Below are positions 47,920 through 60,195 of a stretch of DNA of 64,000 bases, one piece after another. This stretch comes from Lama guanicoe (taxonomy: Eukaryota): positions 3,105,589 to 3,169,588 of the forward strand of contig MU053994.1 in NCBI GenBank assembly GCA_013239625.1, given 5' to 3'. The notes below the pieces were generated by a model that worked only from the letters and a program-made list of their open reading frames with translations, was not told the origin of the DNA and made no database searches. A program made the translations under genes and the position numbers. Positions within the stretch are counted from its first letter, which is position 1. Every line of letters begins with the position of its first letter.

Positions 47920-50814
47920 CACTAAAAGTTTTTTAAATCCACAAAATAAATGGTTTACAGGGTACAAAGTGCCTTTATACATCTGTTATCTCATTTTTCA
48001 CCTTGTCACTCCAACAGGACTTTTTGGAAATACATTATTTATATGCAGCAGAGTGTGTAAATCCTAAGTGACCAGCTCAATGAATTTCTACGTGTCTACA
48101 CCTGGGTAGATGAAGGTATAGAACATTCCAGCACTCCTGAGAGTTCCCCCACATTATCTCCTTTTATCTTCATGATAACCTCAGGCTAGCAGAGCTGTTA
48201 TTGGCCCCTGTCACCACTGAGGGACATCAGCCTGAGAGACAGACCTGGCCAGGTGCCACTGCCTCTTCAGAGGCAGGATGGCACGGCCCTCATGGCAGAG
48301 GGATGGCTGCGAGGCCCTCCATCTTGAGCTTGCCATCATTAACCAATGAGGTGAGTTCCTGGAAAATGAGGCTCTGTCCCCCTTTCCACAGAGCCAGGCA
48401 GGGAGTGGGGTGGTGGGGTAGGAGGCACTGGTTAGTTACTTTTTTAACTCTAGTTATTTTCCAGAGCCATCGCCCAACCATCAACGTTCTGGACAATGCC
48501 CTGGAGTCAGAGGGTTGTTCGTGCCAGGTGCAGGGACGCTAGTGCCAGGCTAGAAACTGCCCTCTCCCCGGGGAGGGAGTGGCCCCCAACCTGTCAAAGT
48601 TGGTGCCTCCGATATACTGATGCAGCAATGGAGTGCGGCCTGGAACGCGACTCTAGCCAAAGCTTCTGGAAGGTCAGTGTGGGTGCATTCGGAGTCCAAT
48701 TCTTACCATCCCCCAGTCCTGGCCTGGGGCTGGATGAGGTAGGAGGGCTGACCCTAAGCAAGAGAGAGCGAATAGAAGGGGCGCCGCGAGCTCTCCTGTG
48801 GACTTCTCTCTCCAGTTCAAAACTCTTTCTCAATCAGGCTCTATCCCTGGGGCACAGCCCTGGGGACACAGCCTGAGCACCTGCGTGGCCTCTGTTCCTC
48901 AGGGGTCACCCAGTAGGTTCAACTGGGGCGAGGACATCCTGGCTCGCTGTTCCTCAGAGTTCTGGGAAGTTTCTCGGCCCTCTTAGGAGAACAACTCTTC
49001 CAGTCCTGAAAAGAGTTCCCCTCACCCGCTCCTGCTACTGGAACTCCGTTCTTGAAAAAGCCAGAAGACTGAGCAGGCTGGCGGCAGCGAAGACCTCACC
49101 TGCTTTTCCCTCAGGGCAGAGTCCCCTAGCTCTGCTCTCACTGGCTTCTGCAAGTGGGAGGCTGAGGAGCTGGGTGACTCATCCAATTTCTGGGAAGGAA
49201 AGGATCAGAAATTCCGATGGGTTTATTTATTTATGACTGAGATCTGGCTGAGGAGGCGACATGAGAAACATACAAGGGCTTGACAAAATGTAGCAAAGAC
49301 TTGGGCAGCAGCCCTTGAGGAATCCATTTGGTTTTCTATTTTAAAAGGAAAAAAAAAAAGCCTTCATTCCAAAGCCGCAAATGAACTTAACACCATCTGC
49401 TCATCTCCCAGCCAAGGAATACAATTCCAGGAAGCTGGAGAAGGGAGGCCTGGCGGGGCTGATATGTGAACAGCTGTTTATCCTCAGTGACTATTTCCAT
49501 GTAGACCCATTGCAGGGATCTGCTGTTCTTTCCAGGGCAGAAAGGAGACAAAAGCCCAGTTCCCGGGTACAGCAGTCACACCGCACCCCCCCTCCCCCGA
49601 CCTTCTTCCACCCACTGACTGACATGCGGTGGCCCTCGCTCACTCCCCCTTGGGACTCGATGACAGGGACAAAGAAAAGCCGGGTCTCGACTCTGACCTA
49701 CCCCACAGGGAGCCTGTGCGGGGCGAGGCCAGAAAACAGCCTCCAGTTGTTCAAGGGACTAAGGTTTCAGTTGATTCAAAGAAACACTTTTCCTGTTCCT
49801 GGGAAGTGAGCTTTTCTGAGTTACAAGTAACGTCTGGATTTTGCCATAAGATCAGGGTGGTGGGCTTTGCTCTGAATTCTAACCCTGTGACTTTGGCACA
49901 TGTCCTCTCGATGTTGTAAAAGCGTGTGTGTGGAGGGGGAGGGGAGGGTGGGGACTGGAGCACTGCTGGACAGGAAATCATATAGGTAAAAAAAAAAAAA
50001 CAAAAAAACACCAACAAACAAAAAAGAAGACCGACGCTTTGCTTGGGAGTACAAACCCAGCCACACCTCGGCCTGAAAGGTCCTTCAGGGAGATAAGGAA
50101 CCTGACGGCAGAAGTCACATGCCGCCCAAGCCTCAGTGAGATCGGGGTGAAATGGAAACTTCCTGTTTATTTTAGGCCTTTAAAGCCGCGGGGGCGGGGA
50201 TTTAAAGCGCGGCTGCAGCACTGGAAGGAATCAGAACTGCTGGATCAGTCTGGAAAATTGTGGCGTTGCCTGCCCCGTCAACCACGCCCTCCCGTCCCCA
50301 CCGGGGCCAAGACAGAGATAATAGCATAATAACGTAAAGGAGTTGCCCAGAACTTGCACCAGATCCTTTCAATTAGCTAATTTTAACCTCCCAGCATCCT
50401 TCTGGGGGTGGGGGTGGGGAGCAGATGCCATCCTCTTTTTTTTTTTTAACACAACAGTGGCCTCCCAGGGAAGAGAAATGACCCAATCACACACAAGCAG
50501 CAACTCAAAGGTTGAGTCAGAACCTGGCTTGGTCTCAGAACCTACCCCCTAGCCCAGCTACTTCCTTCTAAATATTTTTAAGCCTTCAGTTTTGGGGGCC
50601 TTTAGTTTGAGCACCTGGGCTGTGAACCTCACGCTCATAGGCACGCATTTCCACTATCTCTTCCTGGGGAATCTCTGTGGGAGGTGGTCCTACCTAGCGC
50701 CACCCAACACCGCAGAGTAGTCCCAGGTAATTCTCCAGATGGTAGACAAGAAGGGCTTCCAGAATTTAGCACAAGGATGCTGCAACTTTGTCATGCCTTT
50801 GGAGCGTGTTAAAA

Positions 50815-52082
50815 ACGCATACAACAAGGATGTGGAGAAACTGGAACCCTCATTCATTGCTGGTGGGATTGTTCGCTGGTGTAGCTGCTGTGGGAAACAG
50901 TTTCGCAGTTCCTCAAAAGGTTAGAGTTCTCCTATGACACAGCAGTTCAACTCCTAGGTATCTACCCCAGAGAAGTGAGAACTTTGGTCCTCATAAAAAC
51001 TTGTACATCAATGTTCACAGCCACATTATTCATAATAGCCAAAAAGCGGAAACAGCTCAAATATCCAGCAAAGGATGAATGGATAAACAAAACATGGTCT
51101 ATCCGTGCAGTTGAGTGTCATTCAGCAATTAGAAGGAATGAAGTACTGACACCTGTTACTACATGGATGAACCTGAAAAACATTATGCTGAGTGAAGAAG
51201 CCAGACACAAAGGACCATGTATGGTCAGGCTACTCAAGATGGCTGTTGTCTTGCTCTCTGTACATCCTCTGCTCGACCAGTGCCTGCTTCACTTGCAACC
51301 CTACTCACCTGACTGACCTTCGTACATACTTGCCCCAGGCCCCAGCTAGTGACTATTCTTATCAAAGAGGTGGTAAGGGGCCTGCCCCTCTGCTGGTTTC
51401 CCTGGTAACCAGAGCCCACCTGAGGTCAATTCCCCCAATAACTGGTAATCTCCCCTCCCCCCCAGCCCTGGAGCGAAGCCTGCTGCCCTGTCCTGCTCCA
51501 GGTCCTTGCTTGAGACACGGAAGATGGATGTCTCTGTCGCAGACTCCGGGGGGCTCTTTCTTCAGTCTTGAAGCTGGGTGAGTACAGGTCTTGTGGGCCG
51601 GCCACATAGTGTGTGATTTTATTTAAAGGAAATTTCCAGAATAGGCAAATCCATAGAGACAGAAAGTGGATTAGTGGTTGCCAGGGGCTGGAGGAAAGAG
51701 GGGGATGGGGTGACTGTTAATGGGTATGGAATTTCCTTTGGGGGTGATGAAAATGTTCTAAAATTAGCTAGTGGTGATGGTTGCAAAACTCTGGGAATAT
51801 ACTAAAAACCACTGACTTGCACATTTTAAAAGGGTGAATTTTCTCTTCACACGGAAAAAGTATTTTTTCTTTTTCTTTTGTATCTCCATGAGATGATGGA
51901 TATTCATTAAACTTGTGATAATCATTTCATGATGTATGTAAGTCATATCTTTATGCTGTCCACTTTAAACTTACATAATGCTGTATGTCAACCATACCTC
52001 CATAAAACCGGAAGTAGCAAAAAACCGGAAGTGAGTTTTACGGTATGTGCAATATATCTCAATTAAGCTATTACCAAAAAAA
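50815..52082 (+). mobile_element. L1MB-like 3' fragment interrupted by an ERVL-like LTR (~51218..51605) and a further L1 tail
   Basis: ORF 50975..51316 begins L1 ORF2-like (CTSMFTATLFIIAKK...DEWINK); a GC-richer insert splits the L1. Confidence 0.7.
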
Positions 52083-55000
52083 AATACAGATATCTGGCCT
52101 ACCTGCAGAGTTCTGGTTTAGCAAGTCTGAGATGGGACCTGAGCACCTACCTTTTTTAGTAAAGTGCCATCAATGTTGGGGAGAGAGCGGTTTACAAGGA
52201 AATGTATGACATCACTCATGTCTCTGAGCTCACAGTCACCCTGAGGAAACACAGGAATCTCTTAGAGGACAATTCAGGCTCAGACTGTGTGGTCCTAGAG
52301 AAGGGTACCTAAGTTCAGGAGAGCGAGGACAGTTGTGGGTCAAGGTGGCTTGGGACGGGTGGGGGAGCTGAGGTGAGCCTTGGGGGCAGACGGGAGTATG
52401 GGATTATGCAGACAGAAGGGATGCATTCCAGTGGGAGATCAGGCCTGGGAATGTGCATGGCAGGTGTTGGGAGTGGTTGGGGGTCCGCTCAGACTGACCC
52501 GGAAGGTGAAATTGGGGAAGTTGGGGAAGACGGGTTTGGAGGCGTGGGCTGAGGTCCTCTGTGAACGCCAGGACGCGTTGCGGCTGGAGACGGGGAGCCA
52601 AAGATGCTTCCAATGACATGAAGAAAGCAGGGCTTTAGGAGGAATAGGCTGGCACTTGTGTAAAAATGGACTGTAAGCAAGGACTGGCAGTAAAAGGGCA
52701 ACGGAGAAGCTTGGGCAGGAATCGAGAAATGAAATGGTGTGGGTCTAGGCTTGGGGCTTGACGGGGGACTGGAGAGGAGAGAGCAAGCTCGGAGTTTAAA
52801 GGGGAAATTGGCACGAGATTGGCTAATGGAGAATGAAGGAGAAAAATCAGAGTCAAGCCTCCACCATTGTGGGCACAGAAAGAGGAAACACAGCAGATTC
52901 CCGAGTGAGACCAGGACCGGGTTTCAATCCCAGCTCTACCGCTATTGGCTGTGTGACGTGGGCAAGTTATGTGACCTCTCTGTGCTTTAATCTTCCCAAT
53001 GGTAAAATGCAAATAACCATAGCGACGGCCTCATAGGTTGTCAGGAGGTATAACTGAGAAAAATCCACTTGAAAGAGGGAACCCTGGAGAATATGAGATG
53101 GGCTTTTCTCTCTTGTATTTCTGCAAGCCACCTTCTCCTTGGGCAGCCTGAGGAGCCATTTGCTTGGGAGTGAGGAAGGCTTTCCTAAATTTCTTGAGAG
53201 AATTTCTTGGAGAATTCAGATCACAGTATTTCTTCCACGTTGGAGAGACAGTACCCCTTCCACCATCACTGGGGCCCCAGCACTTCTCTGTGAGGAGGAT
53301 GTGATCTAGAGGAAGTAAAGCCCAGCCTTTGTCCTTTCTGGTCCCCAAGAATTATAGGAAGACACATGGAGGCAGGGCCAGGAGAGGTGTGGCTGTGGGT
53401 CCCAAGGTCACTTTTCTGGGCTTCTGGCCAGGAGAGGATGGAAAGTTGAAGAAGTTAAAAGGGAAGCCAAAAGCAGGAGGCCATTGACTAGATTCACCTT
53501 CGGGGCCCTGAGAGGAGTGTGTCTCACACTGTTCCCCCGCCTCCACATACACACACATAGACACACACTCGGAGGCCACATGGGAAAGTCTTGGCAGTGC
53601 AGCACGGTGAGATAGAGGGGCAGGGGTGTGGCTGTCCAGGACCGTCCCCTGGTGCTGCATGGCCTGGGCAGAAATGTCTGTTTTGGCTGGATTCAGGCCA
53701 GTGGACTGAGGAATGCACAATCCATTGAGCCCCTAGACAGTTCTGCCCTGGGAAATAGAGAGAGTGGTACAGAGGTCCACTACATTTTGAGCTCTCCAAA
53801 GATCATCCTTGAAGCCAAGCTTGGTGAGCTCACTGACGAACAGGGTGGGGAGACCCATAAATGAGGGCAGATGAGGACAGAGGCCTGGGAGCACCCCCAG
53901 CCAAGAGAAGGACGAAAGACAGTCACTAAAGAGGCCGGAAGTGTAGCAGGAAAGCTGGAAAAGTGCTGTGTCAAAGAGGCCGGGCCAGAGCTTCAGTTCC
54001 ATGAGTGCTCGGGGTCCACCCACTGCACTGGGCGCCCAGTGAGGCTAACCCCTGGGGAAAGAGTTGCATTCCTTGTACGCTGCTGAGCCTGGAGGTCGCC
54101 TTACATCACAGGATGGGCACACAGAATTCTCCAGACCTTGAGTGTACTTTTCTGCAGGGACTGGAGCACTCCTGTGGGATCCAGGCTGACAGGACAGCAG
54201 GTCCCCATCCTGGAGGCCACCCAGGCCCTTATGGGTAGAGTCCCCGCTGAGGCCACACCTGTCAGAGCTGTGACAGGTGAGTCAGGCCTTCCACAGCCCA
54301 GGGGCGTGCTCCCTGTCGGCGGGCAGCCCGGGTCCTGGCTCTGGGCCAGAGGGCAGGGGAGCAGCTCAGTTCCTGTCCACTTCCATGGCAACCTGGGCAG
54401 GGCGGCCCCAGCCAGGTGCCAGCGTGGCAGAGGCTGTGGGAGTGCCCAAGGGCAGGTGGGCAGGTGACTTTCGTGGCCAGGCCTGCCCGGTCCAGATCCC
54501 TGAACTGGGCCAGGAGGGCGTGGCGGGCAGTTCCCGGAGGATGGCAGTGGCTGTGCAGACAACCCCCGATTTCATCACGACTTGCCCCTTCTTGTTCTTC
54601 CTGGCTGGGGTGATTTCAGTTGTGCCTTGCGTTACTTTCCATAGCCCCTGAACTGAAAAAGGAAGCTAAAAAGAAATGGCCCCTCTAGACTCTGAGGAAA
54701 GTTGGGGGATGAATTTTCAGACCCCTGGCTGAGAAGAGAAGAGGAGGGGACGTCACTTTCTGATGCTTTGAGAAATTACAGTAACGACAAACCGTTTTCC
54801 ATGTGATATATTCATCCTTGTGACACAACGTGGATACGGCACAGCCCCATTTACCAAACCATTTTGAGATTTTTATGATTTGAAACCCCTGTGTTTTCTG
54901 CCACTTTTTATGTGTAAAAGCTGTTCCCTCAAATGATTAAAGTAGACAAGTCATTCTGGCTTTTAAAGCCACTGTGGATTGATCCTAGCGCCACAAAAAT

Positions 55001-55244
55001 CAGTCTTCTCCCTCAGTACTCAGTCATACAAACTCCAAGCTTGTTCATTCATTTATTCATTCATCCATTCGTTCATCTATTCATCCATCCATCCATCTAT
55101 TCATTCAGTAAACAGTTTTTGAGCATGAAATGTGTGCCAATATATTGCTTGAAGCGGGGGATGCAGACATGAAAGACAGTCAATGGGGGCAGGGAGGGAG
55201 AAAATAAAAACTAATGTCCCATTCCATTCCGTGTGAGCGTGATG

Positions 55245-55690
55245 CTAGGTGCTACAGATGTTGCCTCCCCGGGGCCCGAGTTCACCTGTAGCTGTGCTAG
55301 GCAGGTGACCACTTTCAACCTCAGGGCCTGCCGCTCTCAGCTTCTCAATTTGAGAAGCTGGAGGGGCAACTGGGAATTGTAAGTGGGGAGTGATTACCAA
55401 CAGGGGATGGGAGTTGGCGGAGAGATGCCCCAGCCTCCTGTCTCCAGTGGGACAGTTTCTAGGGGATGGTCCCCCTCCTCCCAACTCAGAGCATCCCCAG
55501 TGGGATTCAGCCCCCGTGCCCACGGTGATAATCAGCTCATAAATGTATCATTTATTGGTTTCCCTCTCTGTCTCACTTTTTCCATTCTTTCACTGGTGAT
55601 TCCAGGGGTTTATCTCTCAAACGACCCGCACCCAAAGTCCTTGTCTCAGTGTCTCTTGGTTTGCTTTTTAGGGGAGCATAAACAAAGACA
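55245..55690 (+). mobile_element. LTR16-like (ERVL) LTR
   Basis: Ends in ggggagcataaacaaagaca and has an internal ccccagtgggattcagc, as in the recalled LTR16 family. Confidence 0.55.
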
Positions 55691-57235
55691 GGAGGGCTGT
55701 GAATGCTGTGGGAGGGGCTTATGGGAGCACAGAGGAGGGGCCCTGAAGCCAGACAGGGTGGGCCATGAGAGTTTCACCAATCAGAAGACGCTGAACCAAG
55801 GCTTTGATGAGAAGCCGACTTGGTCAGGCAAAGAGGGAGAAGGGTTCCAGGTGGAAGGATCAGTAATTGGAAAAGGATGCGTGTGAGAAACCGTGGAGAA
55901 GGGCAAAGAGTTCAGAACGACCAGACTGTAGGGTACGCACGCATGAGAGCTGCCACGTGAGCAGCAGGATGCTCTTTGCAGCCAGGGCTGGGGTGAGCTC
56001 CGAGCCTGCGGGGTCCCTTTAAGCCCTCTTCCATTTGCCATCAAGTCCTTTCTCAGTTTCAAAATCCGTTCACTGTGAGCAACCCCCCCCACCTCATCGA
56101 GCCTTCTTCCCCAACTGGCTCCCGCTGGAAAAAAAGAGACATAGCTGATACTAAAATGACAACTTTTTAGCAAAAATTTAGAATTTTTCACAAACATAAG
56201 AACAAAACCACATTTCCACCCTAACTACCGTTTCTTTTCACCCTACTGTTTCGAGGGAAAGAATGCGGCTAAAGCAGCCATCAGTGCATCATCGCTTTTT
56301 CCCACAGTAAACATTTATGGGGCAGTGACTGGGAGCCAGGTGGGTGCAGAACCAGCGCGAGGAAACAGCAGGTGCTGTTTTCACAAGGGAGGGCTGGGTG
56401 CCCACTTGTAAGGGGGACCTTTGCCTGAAGATGAGCCGTTGCATTGATAACCAAATAGAAGTCACCAGCTGAACAGAGGGGAAGTTTCTCCTTCCATTTC
56501 TCCTTTCCTCCCTCCCTCCCCCTCTCTCCCTCCCTTCTTTCCTTTTCCTTCCTCCCTTTAAAGAAAGGTAGTTTCATTCTCTTCTAAGTACCCACAAGGG
56601 CAGAGCTAATATTGTTCTTTTGTTTGTATTTATTTTTCTAAACAGATAATACACACACCTTTGTTCTCAAAAGAGAAGCAAAGGTAACCTGGGAACAATC
56701 TTTCTCCTTCCTCTGTCTCCTTCTCTGTCACCAGATCCCCTCCCCAAAGGGTTCTTGGGACTGGTTTCTTGTGTAACTTCCCAAAATACACTGTGCACTT
56801 ACCAACATATCGGATTGTATATATATATATATATATAGGCCCCATGTAAATAGCATTCTACACGCCACCTAAACCTTACATTTTTACCTAAAAATAATTC
56901 CTGGAGATGTTTCTGCATCAGCGTCTCTGGAGTGGTCTCATGTGGGAGCCATACCGTCATGCACTTGGCTAGCCTGCCCCTCGATGGGTGTTTAGGTTGC
57001 ACGCAGACTGTTACAAACAATGCTGCAGTGTATGTTGTTGTCTTTGGATCATCTTGCACACGTGTGAGCATATCCGTAGGATGAGTCCTTAAAGGCGGAG
57101 TTGCTGCGTCAAAGGGATGAGCACCTTTAATTTTCATAGGTATTGCGAACTTGCCCTCCATAGAGGTTATGCCTATTTACATGCCGGTGAGGAATACATG
57201 AATAAGCCAGTTTCTCCACGCCCTTCTAAACATAG

Positions 57236-57826
57236 CATATTTGTTTTCTATGGCTGCATAGCCTTAACTCAGTGGCTTAAAACCCCACCCATTTATCAGC
57301 TCACAGTTCTGTAGGTCAGAAGTCGGGCACAACATGGCTGGGTTCTCTGCTCAGGATCTCACAAGGTTAAAATTAAGGTGTTTGCTGGGTTGAGTTCTTG
57401 TCTGGAGGCTCTGGTGAAATATCTGCTTCCAAGCTTGTTTCTGTTGTTGGCGGAATTCACTTCCTCATGGTTGTAGGACTGAGATCTGCCTCTCCTTGCT
57501 GGCTGTCAGCTGGGGGCCACTCTCAGCTCCTAAAGACTGCCGAAATTCTGTGCCACATGGCCCCCTCCATCTTCAAAGGAACAAATCCTTGTGCTTTGAA
57601 TCTCTGCCTTCCCTGTCCTAACCTCTAGGTCTAGATTTAAAGGCTCGTGTGATTAGGTCAGGCCCATCCAGGTCATCCTAAGGTCATCTGACTTGGGAAC
57701 TTAATCACATCTGCAAAATCCCCCCACAGCAACACCTAAATTAGTGTATGAATGAAGAACTGGGAGAAGGTGCTGGTATACCATGGGTGGGAGTTTAGGA
57801 GCCTACCTTAGAATTCTGCTGCCACA
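57236..57826 (-). mobile_element. MLT1-type MaLR LTR within old L1 sequence
   Basis: gtggcttaaaac...cagctcacagttctgtaggtcagaagtc...agaattctgctgccaca. Confidence 0.7.
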
Positions 57827-59081
57827 CACTGAATTATCAAACTTTTTGATCATTGTTAATGTAAGAGATAAAAATGGAATTTATTGGATATCTCTCTTTC
57901 TATGCCTAGGAATCTTCATATATTTAATATTTGTGTTTCTTTGTTTTTTTTGCTGAATAATATCTGCTTATATCCTTTGCCCCATTTTCTACTGGGTTCC
58001 TGGTCTTTTTCTTTACTTTTTTTTTAATTAGAAGAGCTCTTTATATGTTAAGGATCTTTCCTATCTTAATGACTTTGTTTGTCTTATTTATTTTACCTGG
58101 AACCCCACCCTCCTTCTTGCTGCCTTCTGAAATACCATTCATTCTTTACAGCCCAGGTCAAAGACATGTTGCCCAGAGGGCCATGCCTGACCATACCAAT
58201 GCTTACTTATCAACACCTCTTGACTCTTTTCTTATGCAGTTCTATGCTTTATTGGTTACTCTTGGCTCCCTAGTTGGGATGTTGAGCATCTTTATTGCAG
58301 GGATCCAAAGAGATTCAGGTATAAGACTGAGCACATGATCTACACAAAACTAGCAACTGTGAACTGATAAATGGATGCCTTGAACTGGAAGTTAAAATTG
58401 CAGGCTTTGTCTTCACATTTCCTATGTTCATTACAAACACACATCAGCATACACCCTTAACAGCCTTGTCTTTGTGGCGTCCATCCATTTGTATAATTAT
58501 TAAATGATATTAGAGTGTATTATGAGTAATCTCTCATGTAGTCACTCTTTTTTGTTTGTTTCTCTTTAGCATGGTTTAATTAGTGAAATTTTCCTCCAAA
58601 TCTGTAACATTTTTGATATTATTTGATTTGAAATTAATTTAAGATTTTATTAGAGAATATATGTTGATTTTTTAAAGAGTCAATTGGAACTGAAAGACTC
58701 ATAATAAATCAGGGCAATCACCCTGCCCCAGCCATCCTTATCTCCTTCACTTTTCTTCCAAAGCAGGTATTTTTAGCCCTTTTCTCTCTTTCTCCTGATA
58801 TATGTCTCTGTACTTCTCATTAGTACACTTTAACCACTATGTTTTATTTTTTAAGTTTAGATGTTATCTCTGACTTCCTATCATGGTGATGAAGACTGGA
58901 CCTTTTTACACACCCTGATCCCATTTTTCCCCTCCTGCTCCCTACAACAGGGCTATTTTACCATTTTTGGTTAGAACAAGTCACTATTTATATTATTATG
59001 ACCATGCAAACACTCATTGCTGAGCTAGATTGTGCTCCATAGCCATACTTCCTTTCTGACCCAACAGCTCTATAAACGTGG

Positions 59082-60195
59082 ATGTATCAGTTAGGATGTG
59101 CTAAGCTGCAAGGAACAGAAAACCCATCTCACCAACAATGGCTTAAAGCATAAGGCTCCTTCTTACTTTCTTAGATTGTGTAAAGTAGAAGGGCCAAGGG
59201 TTGGTTCAGAGGCTTGGCAGTGTCATCAAAACCCAGTCTCTTCCTTCCTTCCACCCTGCCATGCTGTGTCCTGGTTTTCATATTCAGTTTTGCTCCTGAT
59301 AGTCACAAGATGGTTGACATAGCTCCAAGAGTCACATTTTTACACTGCACCATTCGGGAAGAAAAAGAAAATTCTTTTCCCATGCCGCTCTCTTTTATTT
59401 CGATTGGAGGGGGAGATAATTCCTTTCCCAAAGATCCAAGTGGACTTCCGTTTATAGCTCATGGGCCAGAACCAGGTCACATGAGCTCCCAGCTGCAAGG
59501 GAAGCTGGGAAAGCAAGTATCTGGCATTTTCACTTGCTACAATGAGAAGGGAGGTGGGGAATGAGCAGCCAACCAATAGCATAAGCCTGTTAGGTTGTTT
59601 TTTTTCCACAAGTGGCCAAAGATCCAACTTTAAATGGCTTAAACAATAATGGGGTTTGTCATCTCTTAAAAGAAGAAGTCCAGAGCTAGGGAATTTCAGG
59701 GTTAATTTAGTGATTCAACAGTATGAGCAGAGATCCAAGCTTTTTCCATCTTTCTGCCATGTTATCCTCAATTATTGGCTTTAGTCCTCTGGCTTGTCTC
59801 CTTATGGTCACAGCAGGGCTGCAGCAGCTGCAAGGATCACAGAGCATCAGGTGGATTGAAGAGAGAATGTCTTGTCTTCTTGTCCTTTTCTTTTCTTTTT
59901 TTCTTGTCCTTTTCTTAAGTGTGAAAACTTTCTTGGAAACTTCACAGCAGGCTTCTTTACAGGTCTCATTGACCAGTATTGTGTCACTTGTTTATTTGTA
60001 AACCAGTCACCATCAAAGGGAATGAATTACCATAATTGACTTTAACTAATCAGGATTCTCTCTCAGGGGGACAAAGAGGAGTCCTAACACTCCTGGAGTA
60101 GATGAAACTGACCTATACTTAAACAAAATCAGAGTTCCGTTAGCAAAGAAGAAGGGAGGATGGCTATTGGGGAAGCAGCAAATAATGTCTGCACA
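59082..60195 (-). mobile_element. Two adjacent old MLT1 (J/K/L-like) LTRs
   Basis: tgtatcagttaggatgtgctaagctgcaaggaacagaaaaccc and a second similar unit from ~59587. Confidence 0.55.
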
